Assembly (NCBI GenBank): GCA_964436545.1 | Contig: CAYTCJ010000003.1 | Coordinates: 3,168-67,167 of the forward strand | Direction of reading: 5' to 3' | DNA from: an uncultured Candidatus Saccharibacteria bacterium | GTDB lineage: Bacteria; Patescibacteriota; Doudnabacteria; UBA920 | Length of the DNA stretch: 64,000 nt | Part shown: positions 17,661-27,874 of the stretch, piece after piece | Position numbering within the stretch: position 1 is the first letter of the stretch | Layout: each line of letters opens with the position of its first letter | Position numbers and translations under genes: made by a program | The notes under the pieces: generated by a model | What the model was told of the DNA's origin: nothing | The model's input: the letters and a program-made list of their open reading frames with translations, nothing else | The model's database searches: none

Positions 17661-18995
17661 ATGGGAAAAAAGCATAAGCTCAAAAAGAAAGCGGTAAAAA
17701 AAACCAAGGTCGCTAAACCGGCTAAGCGATTTATTAAGAAAGTAATTAAAAAGCGAATTTGGGCGAGAAAAGCCAAAAAAATTCGCAGTGTTAAACCTAA
17801 GTCCACTAAATTCAAGCGCAAGTCCGGTTCCGGAGCGAAAAGTGAAAAATCGCCAGTGGTGGAAATGTTATTAAGTGAAGGTGAAAGACAAAAATTATTT
17901 GCCGATTTAATGCAAAGAGGTTTAAGTCGGGGTTTTGTCACCGAAGCGGAAATGCTTCACACTTTTCCCGATTTGGAAAATGACTTAGTGGGTTTGGAAT
18001 TGGCCATGGAGGCTTTGGAAAAACGAGGCATAGAAATTGTTGACCAAGAAGTGGCGAGCGTGTGGGAGCAGAATAAAAAACCGGAAATTAAGGAAGGCGA
18101 AAAACCTTTAAAAGGCAGAAAGTTAAAAAAAGCCGAAGAAGCTTTGGAAGCTTTTGATTTGGGCGATATTTACGATGACAGTATTCAAATGTATTTGCGG
18201 GAAATTGGCAAGGTGGGGTTATTGTCCGGCACAGAGGAAATCGATTTGGCCAAACGAGTGGCCAAGGGCGATGTGGCGGCCAGAAAACGCCTGACCGAAG
18301 CCAACTTGCGCTTGGTGGTGAGTATTGCCAAAAAATATATGGGGAGGAATTTGGGTTTGTTAGATTTGATTCAAGAAGGGAATTTGGGTTTGTTTCGGGC
18401 CGTGGAAAAATTTGACTGGACTAAAGGTTATAAATTTTCCACTTATGCCACGTGGTGGATTAGGCAAGCCATTACTCGTGCTTTGGCAGATCAATCTCGT
18501 ACCATTCGGATTCCCGTGCATATGGTGGAAACTTTAAATAAGTATGCGCAGGCGGAAAGACAATTGGTGCAAGATTTAGGCCGAGAACCTCTGCCGGAAG
18601 AAATTGCCGCGGAAATGGGGATTGAAGTGGAGAAAGTCTATCATTTAAAAAAGATTTCTCAGGAAACTGTTTCCATAGATTCGCCGGTGGGGGAAGACGA
18701 AGGCGAAGATTCCTCACTCGGCGATTTTATTGTGGACGAAGATACCACCAAGCCTAATGAAATGGCGGGTAGGCAAATTTTAAAAGAATATGTGGGCAAT
18801 ATATTGTTAGATTTAGACCCCAGAGAGCAGAAAATTTTAAAAATGCGGTTTGGTTTGGAAGATGGCGTGACGCATACGTTAGAAGAAGTGGGGGAAGAGT
18901 TTGGCGTAACAAGGGAACGCATAAGACAAATAGAGAGTAAAGCTCTGGAAAAAATCCGCGAGCATATAGATGTAAATAAATTAAGAGATTATTAA
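17661..18995 (+). CDS. rpoD: RNA polymerase sigma-70 (primary sigma factor) with Lys-rich N-terminal extension
   Basis: Region 2 ([31 protein letters not shown]) and region 4 are present, in the classic dnaG-rpoD arrangement. Confidence 0.9.
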   Translation: MGKKHKLKKKAVKKTKVAKPAKRFIKKVIKKRIWARKAKKIRSVKPKSTKFKRKSGSGAKSEKSPVVEMLLSEGERQKLFADLMQRGLSRGFVTEAEMLHTFPDLENDLVGLELAMEALEKRGIEIVDQEVASVWEQNKKPEIKEGEKPLKGRKLKKAEEALEAFDLGDIYDDSIQMYLREIGKVGLLSGTEEIDLAKRVAKGDVAARKRLTEANLRLVVSIAKKYMGRNLGLLDLIQEGNLGLFRAVEKFDWTKGYKFSTYATWWIRQAITRALADQSRTIRIPVHMVETLNKYAQAERQLVQDLGREPLPEEIAAEMGIEVEKVYHLKKISQETVSIDSPVGEDEGEDSSLGDFIVDEDTTKPNEMAGRQILKEYVGNILLDLDPREQKILKMRFGLEDGVTHTLEEVGEEFGVTRERIRQIESKALEKIREHIDVNKLRDY

Positions 18996-19064
18996 ATATA
19001 ACGTTTAGCGATTAGGGGTTAGCGTTTAGCCTTAAAAATCGTTAAAGGTAAAAAAGGAAAAAAT

Positions 19065-19244
19065 ATGTCATTAGAAAAGCGTTTGGGAGAACCACGAGAG
19101 TTAAATATCGATGACTTAGCTTTTCAGCTTAATCATTTGACTAGAGAACAGTGGGAAGCATTAGTATCAGGTTTAGAATCAGAAACTAGAGAATTGTTAG
19201 AAACAGCTTTAAATTCTAATCTTGGAGTAGAGCACGGAGCTTAA
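19065..19244 (+). CDS. Possible small ORF (59 aa) not in supplied track
   Basis: ATG preceded by aaaaaggaaaaaat. The product is MSLEKRLGEPRELNIDDLAFQLNHLTREQWEALVSGLESETRELLETALNSNLGVEHGA. Coding status is uncertain. Confidence 0.25.
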   Translation: MSLEKRLGEPRELNIDDLAFQLNHLTREQWEALVSGLESETRELLETALNSNLGVEHGA

Positions 19245-19662
19245 GTTTTTAGCATAAACAAAACCAAAAATATTTTTTTATTTATACTTAACAGGAATTT
19301 AAGAGTTATCCACTTTTCTACTCTTGAAGCCGGAGAAGTTCAGGCGTAAAATGTAAGTAGAAAGGAAAAAGAAAGCAGATGATTAACAGGTTTAGTAGCG
19401 TCAAGTAAGGTAGCTTTTCCCGCCCCATATGGGCGAACAGCGAAAAAGCCTTATAGGTGCTTAACCTACAACTACGTCTGGCTAGTAGAATACGAACTTG
19501 CCGGACAAAAAAAGAAAATCGCATATGGGAAAAGTTATCTCAGTATAAACCCTCTTGCTCCTCAATTAGGACAAGGGGGTTTATCATATTTACAAAACTT
19601 AAAATTTATGTTAAAATTTTGAGTTAATTTAGAATAAGTCCTTAACTAAAACGTTCAAAATC

Positions 19663-22005
19663 ATGAAGTCCATTGGGTTTATTTTACAAGGGATTTTTAC
19701 CGGCATTTTAACAGTAATATTACTAGTGGTGGCTGGTGGGTTTTTTGTTTGGTATGGTTACCATCAGTTGGTTTCGGCGGTACAGCCGGATATTAAATAT
19801 TTGTTAAATAAAAATTTTCCTGAATCAAGTAAAATTTACGATAAAGATGGCGGGCTACTTTACGAGCTCAGTCGAGAAATCAAAAGAACCCCGGTGCCTT
19901 TAACCGAAATTGCCGATAATTTTCAAAAGGCAGTAGTGGTAATTGAAGATAAAGATTTTTTTGTGCATCAAGGTGTGTCTTTACCCAGTATTGTTCGATC
20001 CGGTTTGATGAATTTTGTGTTAGGCGAACCGGCTTATGGCGGGAGTACTATCACTCAGCAAGTGGTAAAGCTAACTATTTTGCCCAAAGATAAAACTTTA
20101 GCTAGAAAAATTTCCGAAGCCATTTGGGCGAGGGAAGTGGAGAAAGTTTTATCCAAAAAAGAAATTTTAGAAATTTACTTAAACCAATTGCCTTTTGGCG
20201 GTAATTTATATGGAGTGGAAGCAGCGGCTAGAAGTTATTTTGGCAAACCGGCTAAGCAATTAAGTTTGGCAGAAAGCGCTTATTTGGCTAGCATTCCCAA
20301 TGCTCCCAGTTTTTTAAATCCGTTTGGAGAGAATCGTTTACAGTTAGAGGATCGAAAAAATAAAGTTTTAGGTTTGTTATATACTCATGGGTATATTAGC
20401 CAAACAGATTATAATTTGGCTAAAAGCCAAACAGTTAAGTTTTTGTCACCCCAAGCATCGATTTTTGCTCCTCATTTTGTATTTTACATTACTGAGGCGC
20501 TAATTAAGGAGTATGGCGCAGAGCGAGTGTATAATGGTGGTTTGAAAGTTTACACCAGTTTAGATAGACACTTGCAAAGTTTGGGTGAACAGGTGGTAAA
20601 AAGTCAATTGGCAACCTTAACTCAGAAATATAAAAACGCTAATGCCGGTTTGGTGGCAATTGATCCTAAGAGTGGCAGGATTTTAGCCATGGTGGGCAGT
20701 AAGGATTATTTTGCTCCCAGCGAGCCGGCTAAGTGTGTATCTGGACAAACTTGTCGGTTTGATCCGTTTACGAATGTGACCACTGCGCTCTTACAGCCCG
20801 GCAGTAGCTTTAAGCCCTATATTTATGCTACGGCTTTTGACCGAGGCAATGGTTATTATCCGGGTTCTGTAATATTAGATATAGCTAAAAATTTTAGTCC
20901 GCCGGGATCGGTGCCTTATATACCGAAAAATTATAATTTTTTTCAATATGGTCGAGTGAGTTTGAGAAAGGCCTTGGCTGGGAGTTTGAATATTGCCACT
21001 GTAAGATTAGCGAGTGAGTTGGGTTTGGATAAAATCAACAATAGTTTAAAAAAATTTGGTTTTAAAAGGGATTTTCGTACTTGCGGTTTGGCAACGGCTT
21101 TGGGTGCTTGTGAAGTGACTTTGTTAGATCATACAGCCGGTATGGCGGGTTTGGCGAATTTGGGTAAGCTGTATAAAGCCAATGGGATAGTTAAAGTGTT
21201 AGACGCTCGGAATAATGTAATTTCCGAATTGTTTAATTCTGCTACGCAAGTAGTCGATGAGCAGTCAGCTTATGAGGTGGTTAGCATTTTAAAAGACAGT
21301 CAAGCCAGAAAATATATTTTTGGCAATAATCCTAATTTGGTTTTTAATCAGAGAGAGGTAATTGTTAAGACTGGCACCACCCAAAACTGGAAAGATGGCT
21401 GGACTGTGGGTGCTACGCCAAGTTTAGCCGTCGGAGTGTGGACAGGTAATAATAATGGTCAAGTAATGACCAAAGGGGCAGATGGAGTTTTTTCTGCCGC
21501 GCCCATTTGGCATCAGTTTATGGAATTGGCTTTGGAGCATTCATTTAAAGAAGTTTTTGTTCCACCAAGTGGCATTGCTGAATATAAAATTAATCCTTAT
21601 ACGGGCAAGTTAGCCGGCTCTGGACAAAGAGCTCAAGTGGAAATTGCTTCGGATTATACGGAATTATCAGCTCCAAATTTAACTTTAACCGGTCAAGTTG
21701 AACCGGTCGATCCGGCGCTCGCTTATGAATTTTCTCCCGTAAAATTTATAGGTATCGCTTCCGGTGAAGTTTGGAAAACCGAAGGTTTAAAAATTGTTGC
21801 CGTGCAGGCAGAGGAAAATTTTGGAACTCGTGCGAGTTTATATGTAGATGGGAATTTATATTCTAGCATTCAAGGCCCCAATTTTTATTGGCAATTACCC
21901 GGCGATTGGTTGACTCCTGGGGAACATTTGTTAAAAGTTTTGGCAGTGAACCAGGCGGGGTACCGAAGCGAAGACACGGTTAAAATTACAGTCGCCACCA
22001 ATTAA
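19663..22005 (+). CDS. Class A penicillin-binding protein (PBP1A-type bifunctional transglycosylase/transpeptidase)
   Basis: An N-terminal TM segment, then GT51 motifs (EDKDFFVHQGVS, GGSTITQQVVK), then a transpeptidase domain. Confidence 0.85.
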   Translation: MKSIGFILQGIFTGILTVILLVVAGGFFVWYGYHQLVSAVQPDIKYLLNKNFPESSKIYDKDGGLLYELSREIKRTPVPLTEIADNFQKAVVVIEDKDFFVHQGVSLPSIVRSGLMNFVLGEPAYGGSTITQQVVKLTILPKDKTLARKISEAIWAREVEKVLSKKEILEIYLNQLPFGGNLYGVEAAARSYFGKPAKQLSLAESAYLASIPNAPSFLNPFGENRLQLEDRKNKVLGLLYTHGYISQTDYNLAKSQTVKFLSPQASIFAPHFVFYITEALIKEYGAERVYNGGLKVYTSLDRHLQSLGEQVVKSQLATLTQKYKNANAGLVAIDPKSGRILAMVGSKDYFAPSEPAKCVSGQTCRFDPFTNVTTALLQPGSSFKPYIYATAFDRGNGYYPGSVILDIAKNFSPPGSVPYIPKNYNFFQYGRVSLRKALAGSLNIATVRLASELGLDKINNSLKKFGFKRDFRTCGLATALGACEVTLLDHTAGMAGLANLGKLYKANGIVKVLDARNNVISELFNSATQVVDEQSAYEVVSILKDSQARKYIFGNNPNLVFNQREVIVKTGTTQNWKDGWTVGATPSLAVGVWTGNNNGQVMTKGADGVFSAAPIWHQFMELALEHSFKEVFVPPSGIAEYKINPYTGKLAGSGQRAQVEIASDYTELSAPNLTLTGQVEPVDPALAYEFSPVKFIGIASGEVWKTEGLKIVAVQAEENFGTRASLYVDGNLYSSIQGPNFYWQLPGDWLTPGEHLLKVLAVNQAGYRSEDTVKITVATN

Positions 22006-22026
22006 AAAATTCTATATAATAGTTAT

Positions 22027-23547
22027 ATGGCTAATGATAACGTAATTTTAAGGTTTGCAAATGTGAGTTTTGAGCATACGCACAATAAACCGCTGTTAGA
22101 AGAAGCGAGTTTTTCGGTAAGGCAAGGCAGTCGGATTACTTTAATGGGGCAAAATGGTGCGGGGAAATCCACTTTGTTTAAACTGATTACCGGTGAATTA
22201 AAACCCACCAGTGGGGAAATTTATATTACTCCTAAAACCGCAAGTATTGCCATTGCTCGGCAAGTTATGCCGAAAGCTTTGGCGGAATTGAGTGTGCGTG
22301 AATATTTTGCCACTGCTTTTTCCGGCGCAGATGGGCAGAGTCAACCCCCTGTGGAGGAAAATCACGAATGGGAAAATAAGGTGCCCTATAATTTGGATAA
22401 ACTCATTCGCGAAGTGTTTGAGGTGGTAAATGTTAATTTGCCCTTAGAGCAAACGGTTAAAACTCTGTCGGGTGGCCAACAAGCCAGATTGCTGTTGGCT
22501 TATGCGCTCATTCAAAACCCCGATATTTTGTTATTAGACGAACCGACGAATAATTTAGACGCTCAAGGTATAGAACACTTAACCGGATTTTTAATGCTGT
22601 ATGAAAAAACCGTGCTGGTAATTTCTCACGACGCGGATTTTTTAAACGCCTTTTCCGATGGCGTCTTGTATTTGGATTATTTTAGTAAAAAAATTGAGCA
22701 GTATTCCGGCAATTATTACACGGTGGTGGAAGAAATTAAGAATCGGATTGAGCGGGAAAATTTGCAAAACGCCCGGATGCAAACACAAATTAAAGAAAAA
22801 CGAGCTCAAGCCGAAGTGTTTGCGCATAAGGGTGGTAAGCTTCGGGCCGTGGCCAAAAGAATGCGGGAAACTGCCGAGGAGGCGGAAGAGAATATTGTGG
22901 AGGTTCGGCAGGAAGACAAAACCATTCGTGACTTTACCATTCCTTGCCAAGAATTTAGTCCATTTTTCGATGGCAAGTTGTTGGAATTTAGCGCGGTTTC
23001 TGCCATAAAAGCCGGCGAGGCAGTAAGTAAACCTTTGGAATTAGTGGTAAGAAAAAATACTCACGTGTTAATAGCTGGTCCCAATGGGATTGGCAAGTCT
23101 ACGCTGTTGGAAAAATTGGCCACTCATAACGGTGAAGGATTTACAATTGCCAAAGACATAAAAGTGGGTTATTACAAACAAGATTTTAGTAATTTAGATT
23201 TTACCCAAACCGCTTTTGATTGTTTAAAGGCGGTAATGGAAAAGTTGGACGAACACTTTTTGCGTTCTACGGCAGCCGGGTTTTTGTTAGACGGTAAGCT
23301 CTTGGGCCAAACTATTGAATCTTTGTCCGAGGGGCAAAAAGGCCTTTTGGCTTTTTGTCGGTTGGTCTTAATGAAGCCTGGGTTGTTAATTTTAGACGAA
23401 CCAACCAATCACATTAATTTTCGGCATTTACCCGTTATTGCGAGGGCTTTAGATGCTTACGAGGGAGCCAGTTTAATGGTATCCCACATTCCGGATTTCG
23501 TTTCGCAAATTAGAATAGATGAAGTAATAGACTTAGAAACGGTTTGA
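22027..23547 (+). CDS. ABC-F family ATPase (tandem ABC domains, no TMD)
   Basis: Two Walker A motifs (GQNGAGKST, GPNGIGKST), two signature motifs (LSGGQQ, LSEGQK) and an inter-domain linker. Confidence 0.85.
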   Translation: MANDNVILRFANVSFEHTHNKPLLEEASFSVRQGSRITLMGQNGAGKSTLFKLITGELKPTSGEIYITPKTASIAIARQVMPKALAELSVREYFATAFSGADGQSQPPVEENHEWENKVPYNLDKLIREVFEVVNVNLPLEQTVKTLSGGQQARLLLAYALIQNPDILLLDEPTNNLDAQGIEHLTGFLMLYEKTVLVISHDADFLNAFSDGVLYLDYFSKKIEQYSGNYYTVVEEIKNRIERENLQNARMQTQIKEKRAQAEVFAHKGGKLRAVAKRMRETAEEAEENIVEVRQEDKTIRDFTIPCQEFSPFFDGKLLEFSAVSAIKAGEAVSKPLELVVRKNTHVLIAGPNGIGKSTLLEKLATHNGEGFTIAKDIKVGYYKQDFSNLDFTQTAFDCLKAVMEKLDEHFLRSTAAGFLLDGKLLGQTIESLSEGQKGLLAFCRLVLMKPGLLILDEPTNHINFRHLPVIARALDAYEGASLMVSHIPDFVSQIRIDEVIDLETV

Positions 23548-23600
23548 TTTGTGGTTTTTTTGGGTGTATAGTAAAGGTAAATAATTAAGTTTATAAATTT

Positions 23601-23930
23601 ATGCTAGAAAATATACCACCGAAAGAAGTACAACCAAACATGGAAAGTAAGTGGCAAGAACATAGGCGTACTGAAGTAACCGGAGACGATAGAATACTAA
23701 CAGATGATACTAGATTTGAAGGACCAGAGTGGGAAGTTTTAGTAGAAGGCCCAGCACAAGCCATGAGGGATTATACAAACACACCTCATGACTTACTTAG
23801 AAAGTATAGGACTAGAAAGGTTCGTGGCAGAAAAATTAAACAAGCTGATGGAACAGAAGTAGATATGTGGCATACTCAAGAGCTACCATACCATCAGCGT
23901 GATTTAACCACCGAAAAAAAAGTCAGTTAG
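23601..23930 (+). CDS. Hypothetical protein
   Basis: 109 aa, charged. A strong terminator follows. Confidence 0.4.
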   Translation: MLENIPPKEVQPNMESKWQEHRRTEVTGDDRILTDDTRFEGPEWEVLVEGPAQAMRDYTNTPHDLLRKYRTRKVRGRKIKQADGTEVDMWHTQELPYHQRDLTTEKKVS

Positions 23931-23942
23931 GAAAATAAAAAA

Positions 23943-23972
23943 CCCTTCCGATATTTGTCGGAAGGGTTTTTG
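23943..23972. terminator. Rho-independent terminator (cccttccga-tatttg-tcggaaggg-ttttt)
   Basis: A 9-bp GC-containing stem followed by a T-run. Confidence 0.75.
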
Positions 23973-24006
23973 AAACTAATTTCATATTTTCGCGTATAAT
24001 AAGTTA

Positions 24007-24546
24007 ATGGACATTGACCCAGAGATTATTACCAAGGCAATACATAAAGACTTAACCGCTTTTGAAGAAGTGGTGTTTGCCTTTGAAAAACCCATTTTTA
24101 ATTACTTATTTCGGTTATTAGGGAGCCGGTTAGATGCCGAAGATGCTGTGCAAACTACTTTCATTAAGGTGTATAAGCATTTGACTTCCTATAAACCGGA
24201 AAAGAAATTTAGCACTTGGGTGTTTGCCATTGCCACCAATACGGCTTATGACCTGCTTAGAAAACGCAAATACGTTATTGAGACCGATTTAAGCGAAGCC
24301 GATACCTACATAAATGAAACCAAACTGGGTGAAGATCCGTATTATACTGCAGAGAGGGAGGTTAATGCTCAAATGGTGCAAAAGCATTTAAACCAGTTAA
24401 AGCCAGTACAAAAAAACTTAATCCTCCTCTATTATTATAAAGAGTTTTCTTTGCAGGAGATTGCAGACTTGCTCAATATGCCCCTAGGCACGGTGAAAAC
24501 TAATTTATTTAGAGCCAGAGAAGAGTTAAAAAAATTAATTATGTAG
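24007..24546 (+). CDS. ECF-type RNA polymerase sigma factor (sigma-24 family)
   Basis: Sigma-70 region 2 (DAEDAVQTTFIKVY) and region 4 HTH (LQEIADLLNMPLGTVKTNLFRAR). Confidence 0.8.
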   Translation: MDIDPEIITKAIHKDLTAFEEVVFAFEKPIFNYLFRLLGSRLDAEDAVQTTFIKVYKHLTSYKPEKKFSTWVFAIATNTAYDLLRKRKYVIETDLSEADTYINETKLGEDPYYTAEREVNAQMVQKHLNQLKPVQKNLILLYYYKEFSLQEIADLLNMPLGTVKTNLFRAREELKKLIM

Positions 24547-24639
24547 GACTTTCGGGACTGTCGTTTTATCTTGGGCAAAGCCCAACCTGGGGATGGTGTC
24601 GTATTCAGCTCAAACCCGTAAGTCCTAACTTAATTAAAT

Positions 24640-24993
24640 ATGAATAAATTTGCTTTAAAAAATTTAGCCGATGAAGCCTTACCGGAAAATTTGCATAATA
24701 AAATTATGCGAAAAATTTTACTTATTAAATTTCGCAATGTAGCAATTCTAACCGGAATTTTTTTAGCTATAAATTTGTGGTTTATTGTGGATAAAATTAT
24801 TACCAATGCTTCGGAGAACCAAGCTGTGCCGGTAATGGTTAGTTTTTTAAAAGAGTTAGAATTTAGCGTGGCTTATTTTAAAGTATTATTGAGTGTCAGC
24901 ACAGCTGTGTTACCTTGGGGTTTAATGCTGTTTGCTTTAGTAAATATTGTGTTATCCTCTTATATTTTTCGGGTTTATCAAAAAGAATTTTAA
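24640..24993 (+). CDS. Small membrane protein, candidate anti-sigma factor partner of the upstream ECF sigma
   Basis: 117 aa with two predicted TM helices, placed directly downstream of the ECF sigma gene. The assignment rests on position only. Confidence 0.4.
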   Translation: MNKFALKNLADEALPENLHNKIMRKILLIKFRNVAILTGIFLAINLWFIVDKIITNASENQAVPVMVSFLKELEFSVAYFKVLLSVSTAVLPWGLMLFALVNIVLSSYIFRVYQKEF

Positions 24994-25055
24994 TTTGGCA
25001 CAGATAGGACTTACCCATTACGTATGTTCTAACAGAGCCAAAAGAAAGGCAAATT

Positions 25056-25466
25056 ATGCAAATAAAAGAATTAGTTGGAGCATTGGGAATTTTAAGTGTA
25101 ATACTAACCGCGACTCCGGCGTTAGCTTCGGAAAATACTACTACCCCCGAATTTAGACACCAAGAAAGGGAGGAAAAAAAGATTTTAAGAAAAGAATATA
25201 AGATGGCGCTGAAAGCTTTAAAGGAAGTTAAACAAACAGCCATTAAAAAAGCCAGAGAAGAATTTACCCAAAGCGTCAAGACTGCCAAAGAAGTTAGAAA
25301 AACCGCTTTAGAAAAAGCTACCACCGAGGCGGAAAAGAACACGGCTAAGGAAGCCTTTCGGCAAACCGTGAAGTTAGCTCAAGAAAAATTTGCCCAAGCA
25401 AAAAAGTTGGCAAACGAGAAATTTGAAGCAGATAAAAAAGTTTTAATGGAAAAATATAAAAAATAA
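25056..25466 (+). CDS. Secreted Lys/Glu-rich coiled-coil protein
   Basis: Signal peptide (ILSVILTATPALASE) followed by a low-complexity KE-rich helical region. Confidence 0.5.
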   Translation: MQIKELVGALGILSVILTATPALASENTTTPEFRHQEREEKKILRKEYKMALKALKEVKQTAIKKAREEFTQSVKTAKEVRKTALEKATTEAEKNTAKEAFRQTVKLAQEKFAQAKKLANEKFEADKKVLMEKYKK

Positions 25467-25485
25467 GGTTTAATCTTATTAAACA

Positions 25486-25514
25486 AAAATCCTCTTACAT
25501 GGAGGATTTTTGTT
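25486..25514. terminator. Bidirectional rho-independent terminator (aaaaatcctc-ttacatg-gaggattttt)
   Basis: A perfect stem with A and T runs, lying between convergent genes. Confidence 0.75.
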
Positions 25515-25537
25515 TGCACGGGTTTTGTAAATAGGTG

Positions 25538-27379
25538 TTAGTAGGCCCGAGAAGCTTTGTTATTACTAAAAATGGCGTCTTTACCTGTGTCGCCGGTAAA
25601 GGGACCGGTGGAGGTTTGGTTGTAGAGATTTTCGTCTATCCATTCCCAAGCGGTTAATTTTAAGTTGTAACTATAAGTTTCACCTGTGCAGTTAAGGGTG
25701 CATTGGGTGAAATTTGAGGTGTCAGCTGAAATAATTAAGTAGCCCTCTCCGTCAGCCGGAGCAATTACCCCGCCGGACATGATGGCGGAGTTTAAATTTA
25801 ATTTAATTTTAGAAGTGGTAGATCCGTCTAATACGCCAATACCCACAGGTTGGCTTAAGCTGTGTGAGCCATCGTAAACATAGTAGGTAACCGGAGAAGT
25901 GGTGCCAGTGGGTAAGGCACTACCGGATTGCTGTAAACTAATTTCTAACAGGCGCATATTGGTGCCCGATAAACTTTTAGGTTTAAAAATCCCCATAATT
26001 TCCAAAGTTGTAGGCGTGCCCTTACTTGAAGCCGTGGCATAGAGACCGTTTTTATTAAATGAGGCTACGGAAGAAAAGGTTACGGGCTGTTTAATAATGG
26101 TAGTAGTACTCGAGAGAGCTTGGTTTAGAATAGATGGCACTAGATTCATTCGCGAGTTTTCTCCACTTACAGTGACATCGTCGGGTGAGGCTATAAAAAA
26201 ACTCCAAACCGAATTAGCGGAGGCCTCCATAAGCCAAGGGTTTACTTCGGCTTTGAGATTTAAAGTTATAGTGCTACTGGACGCAACGGTTAAATTTAAG
26301 GGTGAGTTAGTAAAGTAGTCAATTAAATAAGTTTGTTCGCCACTGCCACTTACTCCACCGGGTCTGGGCGGTGTTTCGCTGGACCAAGTAGGTCTTACTA
26401 AAGTGGTGGTGCCACTGGTTAGGGTAAAGTTTTTTAAAGTATAGTAGGCGGAATTGGTAATGAGATTATTTAAAGTGGTGCCTCCTAAAATTTTAGCTCG
26501 GATTTTTAGGCCTTTTAATTTAGCTCCTTCCATTCCGCTGGTTTCTTGTAAATTTAGGGTGTAGAGTAAAACATCTTTGGTATCCATTATTACTTTTTGG
26601 GTAGCCGGAGAGTTGGTGTCTGTACTCAGGGTAACGGCTCCTCGGGGGGTGTAGAGGGGACCTTGAGTTTCGTATGGAGTTTGTGGTGCAGAGTTAAGTG
26701 AGTTAGTATTAGATTTTGGATTTATATTTAACGGGCTTAATTGTCCACTCTTTTGGGTTGGCATAATGCCACTTTTGGGTTTTTGTTTGTCGGCCGTGTT
26801 GGCCGGTACTACATCTTTGTAAGCATAACCCCAAGATTTAAAAGTATTTTCAGTGGGAATGCCCATTAGGCCTTCTGGGCCAACTAAAAAAATAGTTCCG
26901 TTGTCGTTAATGAGTACACCGGGACTGTGGGCTTCGGACGCGCTTTGAATGGTAGATAAAAGAGTTAAGAAAGATACATCGCCGGTTTCGGCATTTTTAA
27001 AACTAAACCCTTGGCCAAGAAAGACTTCTGCCGAGGGAAAAGCCACTCGGGCACTTTGGGAAATTAAATAACAAGTGCCTTTGTCGTTGCCTCGGTCGGA
27101 GCAAATTATTTTCCCGTCTTGAGGAGGAATGAAAACACCGGTAGTGAGGGCCATATCTTCGGCAGTGGCTGGTAAAGTGCCGGCAATGGAATTTAAACCA
27201 TAAGATAAAAACGCGCCGGCTGAAGTGTAGGGACGTTTTTGATTCGCCTGTGTAATAAAATATATGGTGCCGTCGGATCCCAAAACATTTTGTCCGGGTG
27301 AGTGGGCAACGGCTTGGGCTGGGTGGTGGTTTGCTAAAAATATTCCGGCTAAGGCCAATGTAATAATAAGCTTCTTCAT
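25538..27379 (-). CDS. Large secreted Ser/Thr-rich protein of unknown function
   Basis: 613 aa with an N-terminal signal peptide (ALAGIFLANHHPAQA) and no recognisable catalytic motif. Confidence 0.55.
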   Translation of the reverse strand: MKKLIITLALAGIFLANHHPAQAVAHSPGQNVLGSDGTIYFITQANQKRPYTSAGAFLSYGLNSIAGTLPATAEDMALTTGVFIPPQDGKIICSDRGNDKGTCYLISQSARVAFPSAEVFLGQGFSFKNAETGDVSFLTLLSTIQSASEAHSPGVLINDNGTIFLVGPEGLMGIPTENTFKSWGYAYKDVVPANTADKQKPKSGIMPTQKSGQLSPLNINPKSNTNSLNSAPQTPYETQGPLYTPRGAVTLSTDTNSPATQKVIMDTKDVLLYTLNLQETSGMEGAKLKGLKIRAKILGGTTLNNLITNSAYYTLKNFTLTSGTTTLVRPTWSSETPPRPGGVSGSGEQTYLIDYFTNSPLNLTVASSSTITLNLKAEVNPWLMEASANSVWSFFIASPDDVTVSGENSRMNLVPSILNQALSSTTTIIKQPVTFSSVASFNKNGLYATASSKGTPTTLEIMGIFKPKSLSGTNMRLLEISLQQSGSALPTGTTSPVTYYVYDGSHSLSQPVGIGVLDGSTTSKIKLNLNSAIMSGGVIAPADGEGYLIISADTSNFTQCTLNCTGETYSYNLKLTAWEWIDENLYNQTSTGPFTGDTGKDAIFSNNKASRAY

Positions 27380-27500
27380 AAGCTGATTATAACATACTAA
27401 TTTACTAAAGAATCCGGAATGTTGACGTTAGGTATACTTTACTGGGGTATAAGCTTGATTTTTGTTTTATTTATGTTAAAATATCCAAAGGTATTCGGGA

Positions 27501-27565
27501 GTTCCGCCAGCTGGCGGATCAGCGGTACCTGCCTCTACCTGTCGGCAGACAGGTGCCGGCAGGCA
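27501..27565. repeat. Cluster of GC-rich palindromic units (ccgccagctggcgg; cctgtcggcagacagg; gccggcaggcagg)
   Basis: Perfect short palindromes lie in an otherwise AT-rich intergenic region. The same units recur at 61356-61373, 55731-55750, 45491-45512 and 8617-8635. Confidence 0.65.
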
Positions 27566-27595
27566 GGGAGCAATCGGCTTCAGAATAAAGAAAAT

Positions 27596-27874
27596 ATGTA
27601 TTGTGTTTATGCAATCATTAGCCAAATAAAAAATAGAATTTATGTAGGACTGTCCCACGATCCCTTTAAAAGGCTTACCGAACATAATTTAGGAGAATGT
27701 AAATCCACTAAAGGTTATACACCTTGGAAATTGTTTTTTATCGAAACTGACCATCAATCTTTAAATTCTGCAAGAAATAGTGAAAAGAGATTGAAGAGCG
27801 GTTTTGGTAAAGAATTTTTAAAAACTTTACCGAAAGAAAAAATTTCATATTATTCGGGAGTAGCTCAGCGGTAG
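27596..27874 (+). CDS. GIY-YIG nuclease family protein (small, standalone)
   Basis: MYCVYAII...RIYVGLSHDPFKRLTEHN matches the GIY-YIG core. The 3' end overlaps the tRNA-Asn 5' end, and the track start at 27419 lies in repeat DNA. Confidence 0.6.
   Translation: MYCVYAIISQIKNRIYVGLSHDPFKRLTEHNLGECKSTKGYTPWKLFFIETDHQSLNSARNSEKRLKSGFGKEFLKTLPKEKISYYSGVAQR

Noticed and set aside
19318-19524. 68-aa minus-strand ORF in the rpoD-PBP1A intergenic region; also considered whether the region encodes tmRNA
   Set aside because: The ORF has no RBS, and its product is low-complexity and hydrophobic with a basic tail. For tmRNA I found no tRNA-like 3' end (no T-arm GGTTCGAATCC...CCA) or resume-codon/tag reading frame on either strand, so I made no tmRNA call.
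27501-27565. Possibility that the recurring palindromes are a CRISPR array
   Set aside because: Units are individually palindromic and heterogeneous, occur singly or in twos and threes, and are not separated by unique spacers of regular length. No cas genes are present.
27419-27595. N-terminal 59 codons of the track ORF 27419-27874
   Set aside because: This stretch is composed of the GC-rich palindromic repeat cluster. The GIY-YIG homology only begins at the internal ATG (27596).
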